A stretch of 64,000 nucleotides of DNA from Lophium mytilinum (lineage: Eukaryota): the NCBI GenBank assembly GCA_010093605.1, contig MU004185.1:1571334-1635333 (forward strand), read 5' to 3'. Positions 49,062 to 60,890 of this stretch are shown in pieces (position 1 is the stretch's first letter; each line of letters opens with the position of its first letter). Both the position numbers and the translations under genes were made by a program. The notes below the pieces were generated by a model. That model was given only the letters and a program-made list of their open reading frames with translations. It ran no database searches and had not been told where the DNA came from.

Positions 49062-51804
49062 CTATCGGCCGAACAGGGCGCTGCCGCTACCGACACTGAC
49101 GGCACCGAGACTGTTTCGCTGCCCGAGCGGTGCTCGCCCCGGGTCGGTGCGTGGGTCCTGAGCTCGTCCGGGGGGAGGGGCGGCGGCGGTGAGGTGGCGC
49201 ATGCCGGCTCCATTCCAGCGGGGCGCGACAGAGGCGGCGTGGGTCGGTTCGCGCTCGTCGGGGGTATGCTCAGCATGGACGCCGGCTGGACTTGAGTAGA
49301 GGTGGTGGTTGTTGTTCTGGTAAGCCTCTCGCGAGATGGCGGCGAAGGAGTTGAGTCGGTGGTCGTCAGGGCTAGGAACGTCAGGTCGGCCAGCATTTCG
49401 CTTCATCTGCATGACTGGGGAGTCTGCCGGGGTCCTGTCATGTCCTCCTTGGCCTTGCGCGGCGGCTGAGGAGGGAGGATTTGACGCCATGTCAATGGTC
49501 GAAGCTGAACCATTAGGGACGTGTACGTCGATCATGCGCCTTTGGCCTGCCGGAGTTTGGTATGTCTGGCTGATATTCCGCGATGCCGAGGCTGGAACGG
49601 CCTGGTAATGGGCTTGGTGGTCAGGGTGTCGTGGATTAGCCCAAGGAGTCTGCTCGATGAACTGCTCTTCAGCAGCCGCCTCATCAGCTCGTGATGGTCG
49701 ATACGTTGGGCGAAAAGTGGGTGGAGCTGGTCGAACGGGTATCTACGCCGATTGAGTCAGCACCATGCGATGTGGCTGGGAGATAACGCAGTCTACCTTC
49801 ATGGCACGGAGATCGTCATCAATATCAGACGACCGAGCGGGGGTGATGTTGGGTGCAGCAGGAAAGCCAACATATTTGGCGATGCCAGAGAGAACCGACA
49901 CCTCGTGGTTGTATGCGGTTTGATGCTGGACTTGAGTAGATCTCTTCTCTGGGAAGGCATAGGCGTAGACCGTCTCGTCGACGCCCATCTGTCTGCGACC
50001 CTTCTGGAGTTGGTATATGCGCTCGTTGCACTCCGAGATGAACTTCTCCCTGATCTCGCGGACTGCTTGGAAGTACTGGCCGTGTAGTTGATGGCGTTCG
50101 GCCATGCTCCTAACGTTGAGAGAGTTCTGCTTGAAACCAGCAAGCCTCTTTTCATAGTCTACCTTCGCATCGCGTCTCTCGTCCACGCATTGTACCATTG
50201 TTAGGTACTCTGGATGTGTGCAATGGGGCTGCTTGAGCAATTCTAGTTCTTTGGTTATTTGCGCCAAGCTTTCATCGCAATATCTGGTGAAATGTCAGCA
50301 ATTCCGGTCTACTGCATGATCCACAGATGCCGGGGTGGGGCTGCTCGCTTACTTCTCTCGGAATATCTTGAATTTCTTCTCGATCTCGGCAAGGGACTCA
50401 ATGGCCGTTTTCTTCTTGTTCACTGTATAATAAAGTCAATGGCATGTTCAAAACTTCTGTAGCTGGACATGTCGACTTACGCTCTTCGTCCATGACGCCT
50501 CCGTCGTCTTCGTCGTGCTCCCCCTCCACGTGCTCAGCGCCATCCTCGGCATTCGTTGCCAGTTCTTCGGCGGAGTCATTTGCAGGCTTTCGGCCTTTCC
50601 TCTTCCCCCCTTTGCGTGTCTTAGGAAGTTTGGCGACAGCAGCTAGTTCGTTGACTGCTTCCTCCGCCACGTCGGCAATTGTCTCTTCTATGTCCAATTG
50701 TTGCGCAGCAGTCGGCACCGCCGGCTCTTCTGGGGTGTCGCCTTCTTCCTCCAAATCTGCCTGGTCGGAGTGGTCGGCGTTCGAGGCCTGCTCGGCATTG
50801 AGGGGGTCCTCCCTACCGTTGTCGCTCCGTTTTCTTGCGGGCTCCTCAGCTTCCAGCTCATCGTCGGAGCTATCGTCGCTTGCACGTTTCCGCTTCTTGC
50901 CAGCCATATCGGCAAGACTGTCTGTTGAGGAACCGACCACTTCGGCAAGCTTCAATGACACAGAGTTCATATCCGTTTCGCCGTCCGCTATATCCTTTGC
51001 GATGCCGTCTTCGACTATAGCCAATGGAGACGGCGGCCCAGACTCGTCCTGATCTAGCAAAAGCGCATTGGAGAGCTTGCTTGGTGTTCGTTCCACGATT
51101 GTTTCTGACGCTATTGTGGTGTTCGTGCCCGTGCGGACCAGTTTCCGCGGCGTGCGCTCGAGTCGCTCGGTCTCAGCCTCTGAGTCGTTCTCCTCGTACA
51201 ACGAAGCTGGGTCAGCTATAGGAGTTGGCTCATCCTGGTCATCCAAGCCATCTGCAAGCTCGCTGAGGCTGCTAGACCGGTTGTCGCTCTGGTCGTCGAA
51301 GTGGTCTTCGCCGGACGCGGCATCGCCATTGATTTGGACAAGTCCGACCGGCAAATTCGCCGCAGAAAGTGTTTCTAGCATGCCTGCGGTGATTTTGGCA
51401 GGTATTTGGGGGTTGTTCTCGGAGGAGAAAGTGTGCGGGGTGGCTCGCTGGGTCGAAGCTGGGGTTTCGGTGGAGAGAGGGCGGGTCGACGTCACAGGGT
51501 GCGTCCCTATAAGTTCAGCGTTAGCTTCTTATAGACTTGTTCTCGTAGTGAGAGATGTTGTGGGAGACGCGGGAGGGTGCTGCGCTCTCGCGATCGTTTT
51601 CAGTACGGTGGGGACTGCCAGCGGCTCCACATCACCACGGCGCGAGATCCGGGCGATCTAGCATGCGAAAAGGAGCAACATAGGGGACAGGGCCCTCTCT
51701 GATGGTGTAGAGGTGTACGACTTACCGTTGAAGCCCGCGTGGTCACCGCTGGTGTCGGGGGCAGTCTTGGACCTGCTCCTGCTGGTCCGCTGGAGCGCGC
51801 TCAT
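49062..51804 (-). CDS. DEP1: Sds3-like family subunit of the Rpd3L HDAC complex, Dep1-like (multi-exon)
   Basis: DSEAETERL acidic region, HPEYL.M..CVDERRD.K, Q.AYN.EVSVLSGIAKYVGFPAAP, EEQFIEQTPWANP. Exon 1 (51804-51726) splices in frame to ~51507; the start is less certain than the rest. Confidence 0.82.
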
Positions 51805-52267
51805 GGTGCGCCCAGGCTAAAAATCGTATCCAACCGGACCCAATGCTGTCGACGGGTGATATGATGGTGGTGACAAGTGTTTCTGGCGTGGAAACGGAGC
51901 AGCTGGCTGAGTAGGCGGCCAGAGGGTGTGCGCGTTGGGGGGTTGGCAGGTTCCGCGGCTCGGTGGAGTGGGCACGCTTCTTGGAGAAGTTCGACGAGGA
52001 ATACAGCTTGCCGGACACTGCTGCGAGTAGGAATGAGGGTCGCGTGCGTGGCAGAGACAGCGGAGAAGGTGGTAGACGTGTGCTGCTGCGTAGGAGTGTA
52101 TGCCGACCGACAACCTCCTCCACCCGCCGTTTTGCGCGCAGGCAATCCGATGACCTGCCGGCCGCGCTAGCTGCTTTTGGGTGATCGCGGATCAATTCCA
52201 TTGCCGACGCCGACGAATTTCTTCACGCTTTTTGCTGCAGCAACCAACCGAAATCACCAACGTCACC

Positions 52268-54051
52268 ATGGCCAAAAAAGAGAGCAATCGCGTGAAGAAA
52301 GCCAAGCCTGAAAAGGCAGCCAAAGGCGGCTCGTTGTTCAACGAAAGCAAAACGGTCGACCCAAGCTTGGCATCGTTATTTGCTAGTAGTGTGAGTTTTA
52401 TGCGGCATCTGCAGCGTGCAAACATCAGCTAATGGGTATAATTTTCAGCTGGGACCAGTCGTAGCTCCACCCAAATCACGGTACCGCCCTGCAGCTATAA
52501 AAGAACTGAAGGAACTGGCAGAAGATTCAGTGGATGAAGATTCTGGGGACGACGAGGCCACTGGCGCACAAGCAAAGCAGGCGCAATCCGCAGCAGATCT
52601 ACTGATCAGCGGGAAAACAGAGCGCTCGGAAAAAAAGAGGAAGCGTGGAGGTGACGACGAGCCGGAAGCCGAGCTGGAAGATGTCTACATGCGCAAGCTG
52701 GCCAGGGAAGAAGCACGAGAGGATGCCAAGCAAAAGATAGAGAAGGGCAAGAAGCGTCTAAAGACAACAGACGAGGAGGATGAGTCTGCTAGCGACTCGG
52801 GATCAGGTTCCGAAACTGAGGCAGAGGGCAGTGGTAACGATGATGCATCGGAGCAAGAGGAGGGGTCCGAAGCTGAGGACGAAGCCACAACACCATACAC
52901 ACCACCAGTCCACGAATCTCTAGCGCCCTCTTCAGATGCTATAGAGTTGGAGAAAGCAGCCCGGACTGTCTTCCTCGGCAATGTCTCCAGTACCGCCATC
53001 AAATCCAAGTCGGCCAAGAAGACCCTCCTCGCTCACCTTGCCTCCTTCATCCCCAAGCTTGCACCGCACACGCCGCCGCACAAAGTAGAGACGATCCGCT
53101 TCCGCTCTACTGCGTACGCTGGTGCTATACCTAAGAAGGCAGCGTTCGCGCTGAAGGAAGTCATGGACGCCACGACAAAAAGCACAAATGCCTATGCCGT
53201 GTACAGCACGCAGGTAGCCGCACGGGAAGCAGCGAAGCGGCTGAACGGGACAATCGTGCTAGATCGACATTTGAGGGTCGACGAGATTGCACATCCGGCA
53301 AAACAGGACCACAAGCGATGTGTGTTCGTCGGCAACCTCGGCTTCGTGGATGACGAGAGCAATATCCAAGCAGTAGAAGAGCTCGAGAACGGGAAGCGAA
53401 GTCGTAAGCAGAAAGCTCCCAGTGACGTGGAGGAAGGGCTGTGGGTTCAGTTCAGTAAAGCTGGGCCAGTTGAGAGCGTGAGGGTCGTGCGAGATGCGAA
53501 GACACGCGTGAGCAAAGGCATTGCTTACGTGCAATTTCAGGTATGCTAGAGACTACTCCTCACCCACTTGCATCACACTAATTGAATATTAGGATGAAAA
53601 CGGCGTTGAGGCAGCCCTCCAGTTCAACGACCAGAGATACCCACCCCTCCTCCCCCGCAAACTCCGCGTCGTTCGCGCGAAGGCTTTCAAGCGGAACGCA
53701 AAGCCCAATACATCCTCATCTGCGAAACCAAACTCGACAGGTGGTTATGCGCCCAAGGTCTCCGCCGAGGAGAAGTCGATGGCCGGGCGCGCCAAGAAGC
53801 TGCTCGGTCGGGCTGGTGCGGCACAGGTCCGGAAAGGACAAATTTCGCTCTCTGGGAACAAGAAGCAGGATTTCCCGTCTGGCTTCAAGAGGCCAGAGCA
53901 GATCGTGTTTGAGGGCCATCGCGCAAGCATTAAGCAGGGTCACAGCGGGCTGAAGTTGGGCAAGACGATGAAAAAGAAGGGCGTTGGCAAGCCGACAAAG
54001 CATGGGAGCAAGAGGGCGTCGGCGTGGAAGGAAAAGGGAAAGGATGCATAG
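52268..54051 (+). CDS. NOP12: Nucleolar RRM protein Nop12 (3 exons)
   Basis: [85 protein letters not shown]. Confidence 0.93.
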
Positions 54052-54634
54052 TTTAGCCAGAATCAAGTAGTGCAGTCACGAATGCCTTGTATGAAAGGCC
54101 TTAGCATTGAGAGCTTCTTCACCTGCCGGCGAACTTCAATTGACACCTTCGATAACGCACTATGGATGATATCAAAATTGTGCCTTAGACTATTCGGTAG
54201 TGCCCCAGGACACCTTAATACCACTAGATATCATACAACATCTTCGCATCGAAGCTCAGCGATGTCTACAGGTCCTCCTCTTCAGCTCGACTGTATCCAG
54301 CCCGTCAAGCGACTAGAGAACCCTAAAATTTGAGCGGCGAGACATTAAAGAACCAACGCTGAAACAGCGATGCGCTTGCTTATATTGCGAGCGAAAGCTG
54401 AGGGTTATGCTTGGTTGAGTGCTGCTACAGTCGTCCTTGAGGCATGCTTACCGCAGTCTTCAAACATCACGTTTCATCAAGTGCATCAATATGGGTATGC
54501 ACAGGTTCGGAATTGCAGGCCGGTCATTTTGGCAACGACCATGGGATTGTTTGGGAAGGAGGGCATGAGAGTTTGGGGAGAATGGAGTGGTGTAGAAAGT
54601 AGAGGGCTTAGGGCGACGCTAAGGGACTTCGGTC

Positions 54635-54865
54635 ACAATATTTTATTAGTTTAGATAGTTTTTAACTCCATACTATCCTATCTAACTACTAAATATTATT
54701 ATATACTACTAAATATACCGGAATACTATTAGATAGACTAATACTACTAAATATACTAGAATACTATTAAGTATACTAAAATACTAGTAAATATACCGAA
54801 GTACTAGTAAATAACTGAAATACTAGTAAAATAGTTAAAAACTACCCTTGTATTAGTAAATATAC
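54635..54865. mobile_element. Small RIP-degraded MITE-like relic with terminal inverted motif and internal AATACTAGTAAAT-like repeats
   Basis: AT-rich island. TAGTTTTTAACT (54656-54667) and AGTTAAAAACTA (54833-54844) are exact reverse complements; ~20-bp internal periodicity. Confidence 0.6.
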
Positions 54866-55061
54866 TTACGCGAGGTGTATAAAACCTAAGTTGTTTCCCC
54901 CCAAGAGCTCAGTACGCTCACCTCTCAATTACCATCGCACATCAGAGTTGGGAATATAATATTCCTCTTACCTTCTCCAGCACTCAACTACTCATCGTGC
55001 GTATTCATAAGCTCGTCTTCGATTTACACGGGCAAGAATCAACCCCGCCCATTACACCAGC

Positions 55062-56126
55062 ATGTCGCCCTCCATCCTAACCTTCAACGTCTTTGCAAAC
55101 CTTCACAAAATATTTTCGGCTCCGTCTTCGATGTCACCCAGCAGTATGGCCTTTCCGACTCCAACCTGGGCCGGCTTCCCTGGCGAGCTTAAGAACAAAG
55201 TATATGCAGAGCTATTCTGCAACGACGACGAGTGTCTTCACGTACAATGGGACCCGAGGACGCTCAAACCTAAGCTGAGCGCTCCTATTGCTGTCGCATT
55301 GATGCGCACCAATCGGGAGACCTACCGTGAGGTGGTGTCGTTCCTCTTCGGAAACAACATCCTTCATCTCGACCTACCGCCTCATGAGGCTATCAAGTTC
55401 TTAGATAGTATACCAGCAGATGCGGCCGGCAAGGTCAAATCAATTACTGTAGGACCGCATTTCATTATGAACAACGGATGGGGATTTACGAATGCGCTGG
55501 CAAAGAAACTTGTGTCGATGGACTTGGACACGATTACGGTTCAGCTTCCTAGGAGCTTCGAACCATATGAACGTCATGTTGAGAATCTCTCGGAAGTCTT
55601 GTACGGGCTTACCCACGGGCTCATGGCCAACCGTTACAAAACCCTACGATTAGCTTACCCAGGTGTCTGGAAGAAAACTGCGGATATCGAGTTGTATTAC
55701 AGTATCAAGATGCTCCGTTCGCTAGGAAGTTGTAGAGAACCGTTCCTGAAGATCATAGATGACAGGATAAAGGACAGAACCACCCGCGCCTCAGCAGCAC
55801 AAACTAACAACGTTTTCGATCCTGCTGAAGCTCAGAGACTGGAACTCTGGAGAGAAGAAGCGATTGGCATTGCTAGGACGCTGCGGTTGGACTTTAAAGC
55901 TGCCTTTGGCGAGCAGTGTGCGGGAAAGGACGAAACTGTGATCGAGTTAACGAGCGGTAAACTTGACAGGTGTCCAGCTACAACGAACAAGCGCAAGTTC
56001 GAGGCTGTAGGTCTTTCTGAACAGGGACGTGTTTTGAAAGCCGCGAGGCGAGATTGTGCCAAACTTGCTGTGAAGATGGGTATGGTCAATCCTGTCACAC
56101 GCGCGATGGCTGAGATGGAGATTTAG
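55062..56126 (+). CDS. F-box-like hypothetical protein (354 aa; true start may be a downstream Met)
   Basis: WAGFPGELKNKVYAELF and LMRTNRETYREV..FLFGNN motifs. Confidence 0.7.
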   Translation: MSPSILTFNVFANLHKIFSAPSSMSPSSMAFPTPTWAGFPGELKNKVYAELFCNDDECLHVQWDPRTLKPKLSAPIAVALMRTNRETYREVVSFLFGNNILHLDLPPHEAIKFLDSIPADAAGKVKSITVGPHFIMNNGWGFTNALAKKLVSMDLDTITVQLPRSFEPYERHVENLSEVLYGLTHGLMANRYKTLRLAYPGVWKKTADIELYYSIKMLRSLGSCREPFLKIIDDRIKDRTTRASAAQTNNVFDPAEAQRLELWREEAIGIARTLRLDFKAAFGEQCAGKDETVIELTSGKLDRCPATTNKRKFEAVGLSEQGRVLKAARRDCAKLAVKMGMVNPVTRAMAEMEI

Positions 56127-56849
56127 GCGGATATTGGCTTGTACATGATGGGATATTGAACTGAAGTCTTCAAATTGGTCGAGAGGGCTCTTGATAGTTG
56201 GTCGTTTAGTAGTCGTCTCTTATCTCTTTTTGCTCTGAATTAGTCATTTTGCTGACTGCTACGCTGTAATTTCCTTAGCTCTTATATAGTTGAAAGTATT
56301 GCAGTATTTAATGTGTTAGTCTCGCATTTTTAGCTTGAAATATACTAGTCTTCAACCCAAATGAATTGCTTCCAAATTGATCAGTGACCAAAGCAGCATA
56401 GCGTCGCCGCGGTTCGGTCCTCGGTGCGATTACACGCGACTCCAACGACAACTCCTGCTTCTGCTGACATAACTTGACCTGCAGACCATCAAGACTTTGC
56501 TCACAGACATCCACTTCTGGACATCTCCAACAAGATCAGCACTCGCATTTCGGCACTCGCATTCCTAGACCGCTTATTTTCTCATTACCGGCGCCGAACT
56601 TCTTCGTTGACTCATCCATCACCAAATTATATACACCTCCACAGAGAGCACTATCCCAGGTAGATTCTCATGAATAGGCATTCGGTCCACGATTACTGAG
56701 GACCTCCTGAGTATCCACCGGATATGAGCTCTATTCATCATTGTCCACGCTTTCTCGCACCTCTCAACTCCAAAGCCTCCATTTTTCATCCACGAATTTC
56801 CTTTACGGCCCTCTCGCACTTAAGAACCTTTCAAAGCTCCCCATCAAAC

Positions 56850-57644
56850 ATGTCCTCCCCCCAAAAGAAAGACTGGAGCGCAACCCAATACCTCAAATTC
56901 GGCGACCAACGCACCCGCGCCGTCCGCGACCTCCTCTCCGCCGTCCCCCTCACCTCCCCCTCCCGCATAGTCGACCTCGGATGCGGACCGGGCAACAGCA
57001 CCGAAGTCCTCCTCGCCCGCTACCCCAACGCCACCATCACCGGCATGGACTCCTCGGACGACATGCTCGCAAAAGCCGGCGCCGCCCTCCCTAACATCGA
57101 CTTCGTCAAAGGCGACCTCACCACCTACGAACCAACCGCCGGCACCGACCTGCTCTTCTCCAACGCCGTCTTCCAATGGCTCCCCGGCCCGGCGCGCATC
57201 CCCACCCTCGCGCGCCTCATCAAGACCCTACCCTCCGGCGGCGTGATCGCGATCCAAGTCCCCGACAACTTCCACGAGCGCTCGCACCGCCTGATGCGCG
57301 AGACCGCCGCAGACGGGCCATGGGCTCCTATTCTCAGTAAGCTGAACCCGGAGCGCGACCCCATCGCGGCGCCGGCGACGTTCTACGATGCGCTGAAGCC
57401 GCTGTGTGCGAGTGTGGATATCTGGCACACGCACTATCAGCATGTACTTGAGGGGCCGCAGGCGATTGTGGAGTGGGTCAAGGGAACGGGGCTGCGGCCG
57501 TTTGTGGATCCGTTGGATGAGGGGATGAGGGAGGGGTTTTTGAAGGCGTATTTGGAAAGGATTGCGGAGGCGTATCCGAGGTTGGGTGATGGGAAGGTTA
57601 TGCTTACGTATCCGAGGTTGTTTTTGGTAGCTGTGAAAGCTTGA
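56850..57644 (+). CDS. tam: Trans-aconitate 2-methyltransferase-like SAM-dependent methyltransferase (intronless; upstream in-frame ATG at 56724)
   Basis: WSATQYLKFGDQRTRAVRDLL, IVDLGCGPGNSTEVL, DLLFSNAVFQWLP, IVEWVKGTGLRPF, YPRLFLVA: the bacterial Tam pattern. Confidence 0.9.
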   Translation: MSSPQKKDWSATQYLKFGDQRTRAVRDLLSAVPLTSPSRIVDLGCGPGNSTEVLLARYPNATITGMDSSDDMLAKAGAALPNIDFVKGDLTTYEPTAGTDLLFSNAVFQWLPGPARIPTLARLIKTLPSGGVIAIQVPDNFHERSHRLMRETAADGPWAPILSKLNPERDPIAAPATFYDALKPLCASVDIWHTHYQHVLEGPQAIVEWVKGTGLRPFVDPLDEGMREGFLKAYLERIAEAYPRLGDGKVMLTYPRLFLVAVKA

Positions 57645-58087
57645 GGGAGTAGGGTTGGGGAAGAGGTTGGGGACGAGGCTGGGGATGTGGTGGGTGGGGA
57701 TGTGGTGGGTTGGGATGCTGACTTTATTGGACGTTTTGATGAGCGTTTTTGGGGTTGAGAGCAGATGGCGGTCTGGAGAACTTGCACAGGTACCTATTCG
57801 CATTCGAAAGTCTTTAGTGCAATTCGCACTTTTCGGATTTTGCATCTCAGTTAAATCCTTATCAATGTGTTGGCGTGCCTCAAACGGCTGCAACATGTCT
57901 GCATAACCGTTTCTTAGGTATGTGAACGTCCAATTCTCATTTGCATCAAGTTGATCGAAATCATTCTCTACTCCAGTGTGTATCCGCTGACTTGACTCCT
58001 GGCCGAAATTTCCGAACATGTTTTCGAAGTTCGAAAGTGGCTCGAAGCACCCCAAGCAGCGGCGCAGGAGTGTCAAATAAAATTAGG

Positions 58088-58255
58088 ATGCATTGATGGC
58101 ACTGGTGGCGTGGGTTGCACTCCGTACACTCGTTCACGAAACGCATCTAGAATGTATTCCCGTACGGGCAATGTTCACAGCTAGTATCAAAACCAGGTGC
58201 AGCATCTATGCAAATGTAGCGCACTCCCTAGCAGAGACTACAAAATCCCGTGCCA
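58088..58255 (-). pseudogene. Decayed paralog fragment of the neighbouring RBR ligase C-terminal Cys-rich domain
   Basis: GFCSLC*GVRYI...APGFDTSCEHC.....*MRFVNECTECNPRHQCHQCI aligns with GHCGRCHGTRYI...RPGIDMRCQSC....LFYNECVRCGYRQCNDCI of the next gene. TAG stops at 58228-58230 and 58147-58149. Confidence 0.7.
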
Positions 58256-58976
58256 GCCCTGAACTTGGTCTCTGCTGGTGGGACCGGTGCCTGTGGAAGA
58301 GCTGCCATGCGTTGCTCGAAGAGTTCCAGTTCTAATTTATGCGGTACTGGCTAGGCTGGGAGTATAGCAGCAAGTGGGGCAGACGGAGGAGGAGACCGGG
58401 AGACTGCTTGTGCAGTTACAGGGTTGCGGTTGTTTGGCTGTGATGCTGACTCCTTTCAATTTCAGAAGGAAGGATTCGAGGAGAAGAAACCGTGACCTTC
58501 AGGAGAACTTACGTGACTTCATATATAAGCATTCGACGCCCCTTCGCCCTGTTCGCACTTGTAAATTCTCTTCGTCGTGTCCGCATTTCCGATAATGTGT
58601 TGGTACGACTTCGAATGGACTCAACCACGTGTACACAAACGTCGTCCAGGTAAACCATTCTCCGAATCTGTTCATTTCAGCCCTGTGAGTCTATACCACC
58701 GATTTTCTATCTACTCTCGTTCTGAATCTAGCTGATCTTTCGGAGCTAGGAAACTGACAACCAAACCTCTATTTCAAGCCTTCTTTCTGTCACCCCTTTA
58801 CACCGCATTCTAAAAAGTCAGCCCAACAGAATGCCCCTACCAAAACTTCCCAGTTAATACAAAATTCCTGGATCAAAGCAAGTCTATTGTGCCCCCGACT
58901 CTTGCAGTACCAAACTTTACATTTTCGAAGCTTCTTCTGAAGGATCCAAGTGTCGGCAAGTCAGTGCGAGCTGTTT

Positions 58977-60552
58977 TCAGCGAACTGGACCTCGTCCTCT
59001 AATGCAATCATTGCATTGTCGATATCCACACCGGACACATTCGTTGTAGAACAACAGCTGACGGTTATTGTAGCAGCTTTGGCATCGCATGTCGATCCCG
59101 GGACGAAAGGTGTGTCGAATATAGCGAGTCCCATGGCAGCGGCCGCAGTGGCCATCGCGAACAACAAACTCGACATGACCTGGTGCTCGGCCTTGTCTTT
59201 CGCGGGCTGCGATCACATCTGCCAGATTCTGGGCTTCGACATCCCGCCGCACAGCTTCTGCAGCTGCCATCTGCTGCAGGAACTGAAACCACATTGGAGG
59301 CTGTGGCATCGGATGCGGAGCTAGGAGGGGATGGTAGGGTTGTATGATGTAGTTCTGTGGGCCAAACAACGGACAGGAGCATATGTCCTGGACGTAACCG
59401 TTCCCGCACTGGTAGCAAAAGTCCGCCCCGCATCGGCAGCTACAAAAATGTTAGCAACTTTTCATTCTAGTTACCTCGCCGTCATTTGCATATGCATACT
59501 TGACTGCCACTGCTTATGGTGGCTCGAAGGCGAAGAAGGTCGTTTCATATCAAAGATATCGATCTCTTTCAGACCTCCGAACATGTTTGGAAGCCCCCAT
59601 AAGCAGCAGCTAGTCAGTGCGCACATGGTATGAAAGAAATAACTCACCGAATATGGTTACACCCGCTGGTTCGCTCGACCATGGTCTTGCAGCTCGGACA
59701 TGTCTGCCAGTTGTTCGCAGCTGCGACGTCCATCAAGCCTTTTGTTGAAGGGTCGTCAGGGCAAAGCCCCTGATGTCCATGTGCCTTGCACATCCTACAA
59801 GTTTCTCCGCGGCAGGCTGGACACCTCGCTAGATGTCCCTCGTAGTACTTCGGGGGGATGAACTGTCCGCAGCTCAGATTCGCGCAGTATGTTCGGTTTG
59901 GCGTGCCCACCTCGATCGTCTTCTTCTTGAATCGCTCGACGAATGCAATCGAAAAGAAGTGGTGGCAGACCTCCATAGGGATTGGAACCCTACAACATGT
60001 TGGAGGGAATGATGTCTTGTCCTCCATGGCATTTTCGAACATCTTCTCGAGACATTCGCGACAGTAGACATGCGGCTCCGGTCGACAGGCAAGCTGGACG
60101 ACATCGAATGCCGGTTTTTCGTATCCGCATGCCACGCACTCGATATGGGTAGCCGGCGCTTTTCCGCTGTTTGTAGACAATCTCAGAGCTTCCCCACCAG
60201 TCTTCCTCTCTTCAGGGGTAGGGTCGATCCCAGAATTCCCCATCGCGGCCGTGAGCTTGCTTCGGATCGATGGAGGCGGCTTTCCTGTGTCCGGCCTCTG
60301 CTCGACAGTGACCTCGCCTGGGCGACGAGTCAAAGTATGATTCTCTCTAGTCTGAACTATGTCATAGATGGTTTCGGCAATGCTCCTCCTCGCTGGATTT
60401 TCCGAAGATATCAGACGGTGGGCGAGGTCCAGCATTCGGCGATGCCTTTCCTGACTCCCTGGTTTTGGCTCCATGGCGAGCGGTCGCGGAAGGGAATTCG
60501 AGACCTGAGATCTGGTTATAAATGAACCCATGTCCACGATGCTGCCATACAC
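58977..60552 (-). CDS. RBR-type (RING-IBR-RING) E3 ubiquitin ligase (intron ~59440-59647)
   Basis: ECVAC...HVYCRECL...FPPTCC; TYCANLSCGQFIP...C..C...TC..CK...H...CP; WQTCPSCKTMVERTSGCNHIR|CRCGADFCYQCG. Start codon uncertain. Confidence 0.88.
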
Positions 60553-60581
60553 TCAGAGACTACTCACGGGAGCTGAAGGCG

Positions 60582-60890
60582 AGCGCAGCGCAAAAAGAGA
60601 TCTCCCTCTGGGCGGATGGCTCGGTCGAGAAAGGTGCGCGCGACGCAACAAGATCAGTGCGCGCTGATGGCGACGGAGTATAAGCCACAGCAGTACAAGC
60701 ACACACTGGTACAGCTCATGTGAGAGCTCAATACAAGCGCGGAGCCAGAAGATATCCCACTCAGGATGGGTGGCTCGGTCGGGAGAGGTCCGCGAGCGCA
60801 ACAGGATCAGTGCGAGCTGGCGGCAAATGAGAACAAGGTAGAACGGCACAAGTATACGCAGGTACAGCTCAAGTGAGAGCCAAAGCCAGT
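60582..60890. repeat. Diverged tandem duplication, ~154-bp unit
   Basis: TGGCTCGGTCG at 60617 and 60771; GCAACARGATCAGTGCG and GGTACAGCTCAWGTGAGAGC occur in both copies. Confidence 0.8.

Noticed and set aside
51606..51658. Poison cassette exon in DEP1 intron 1
   Set aside because: An AG and an in-frame TGA exist, but no CTAAC/CTGAC branch site precedes that AG; a single longer intron keeps the frame.
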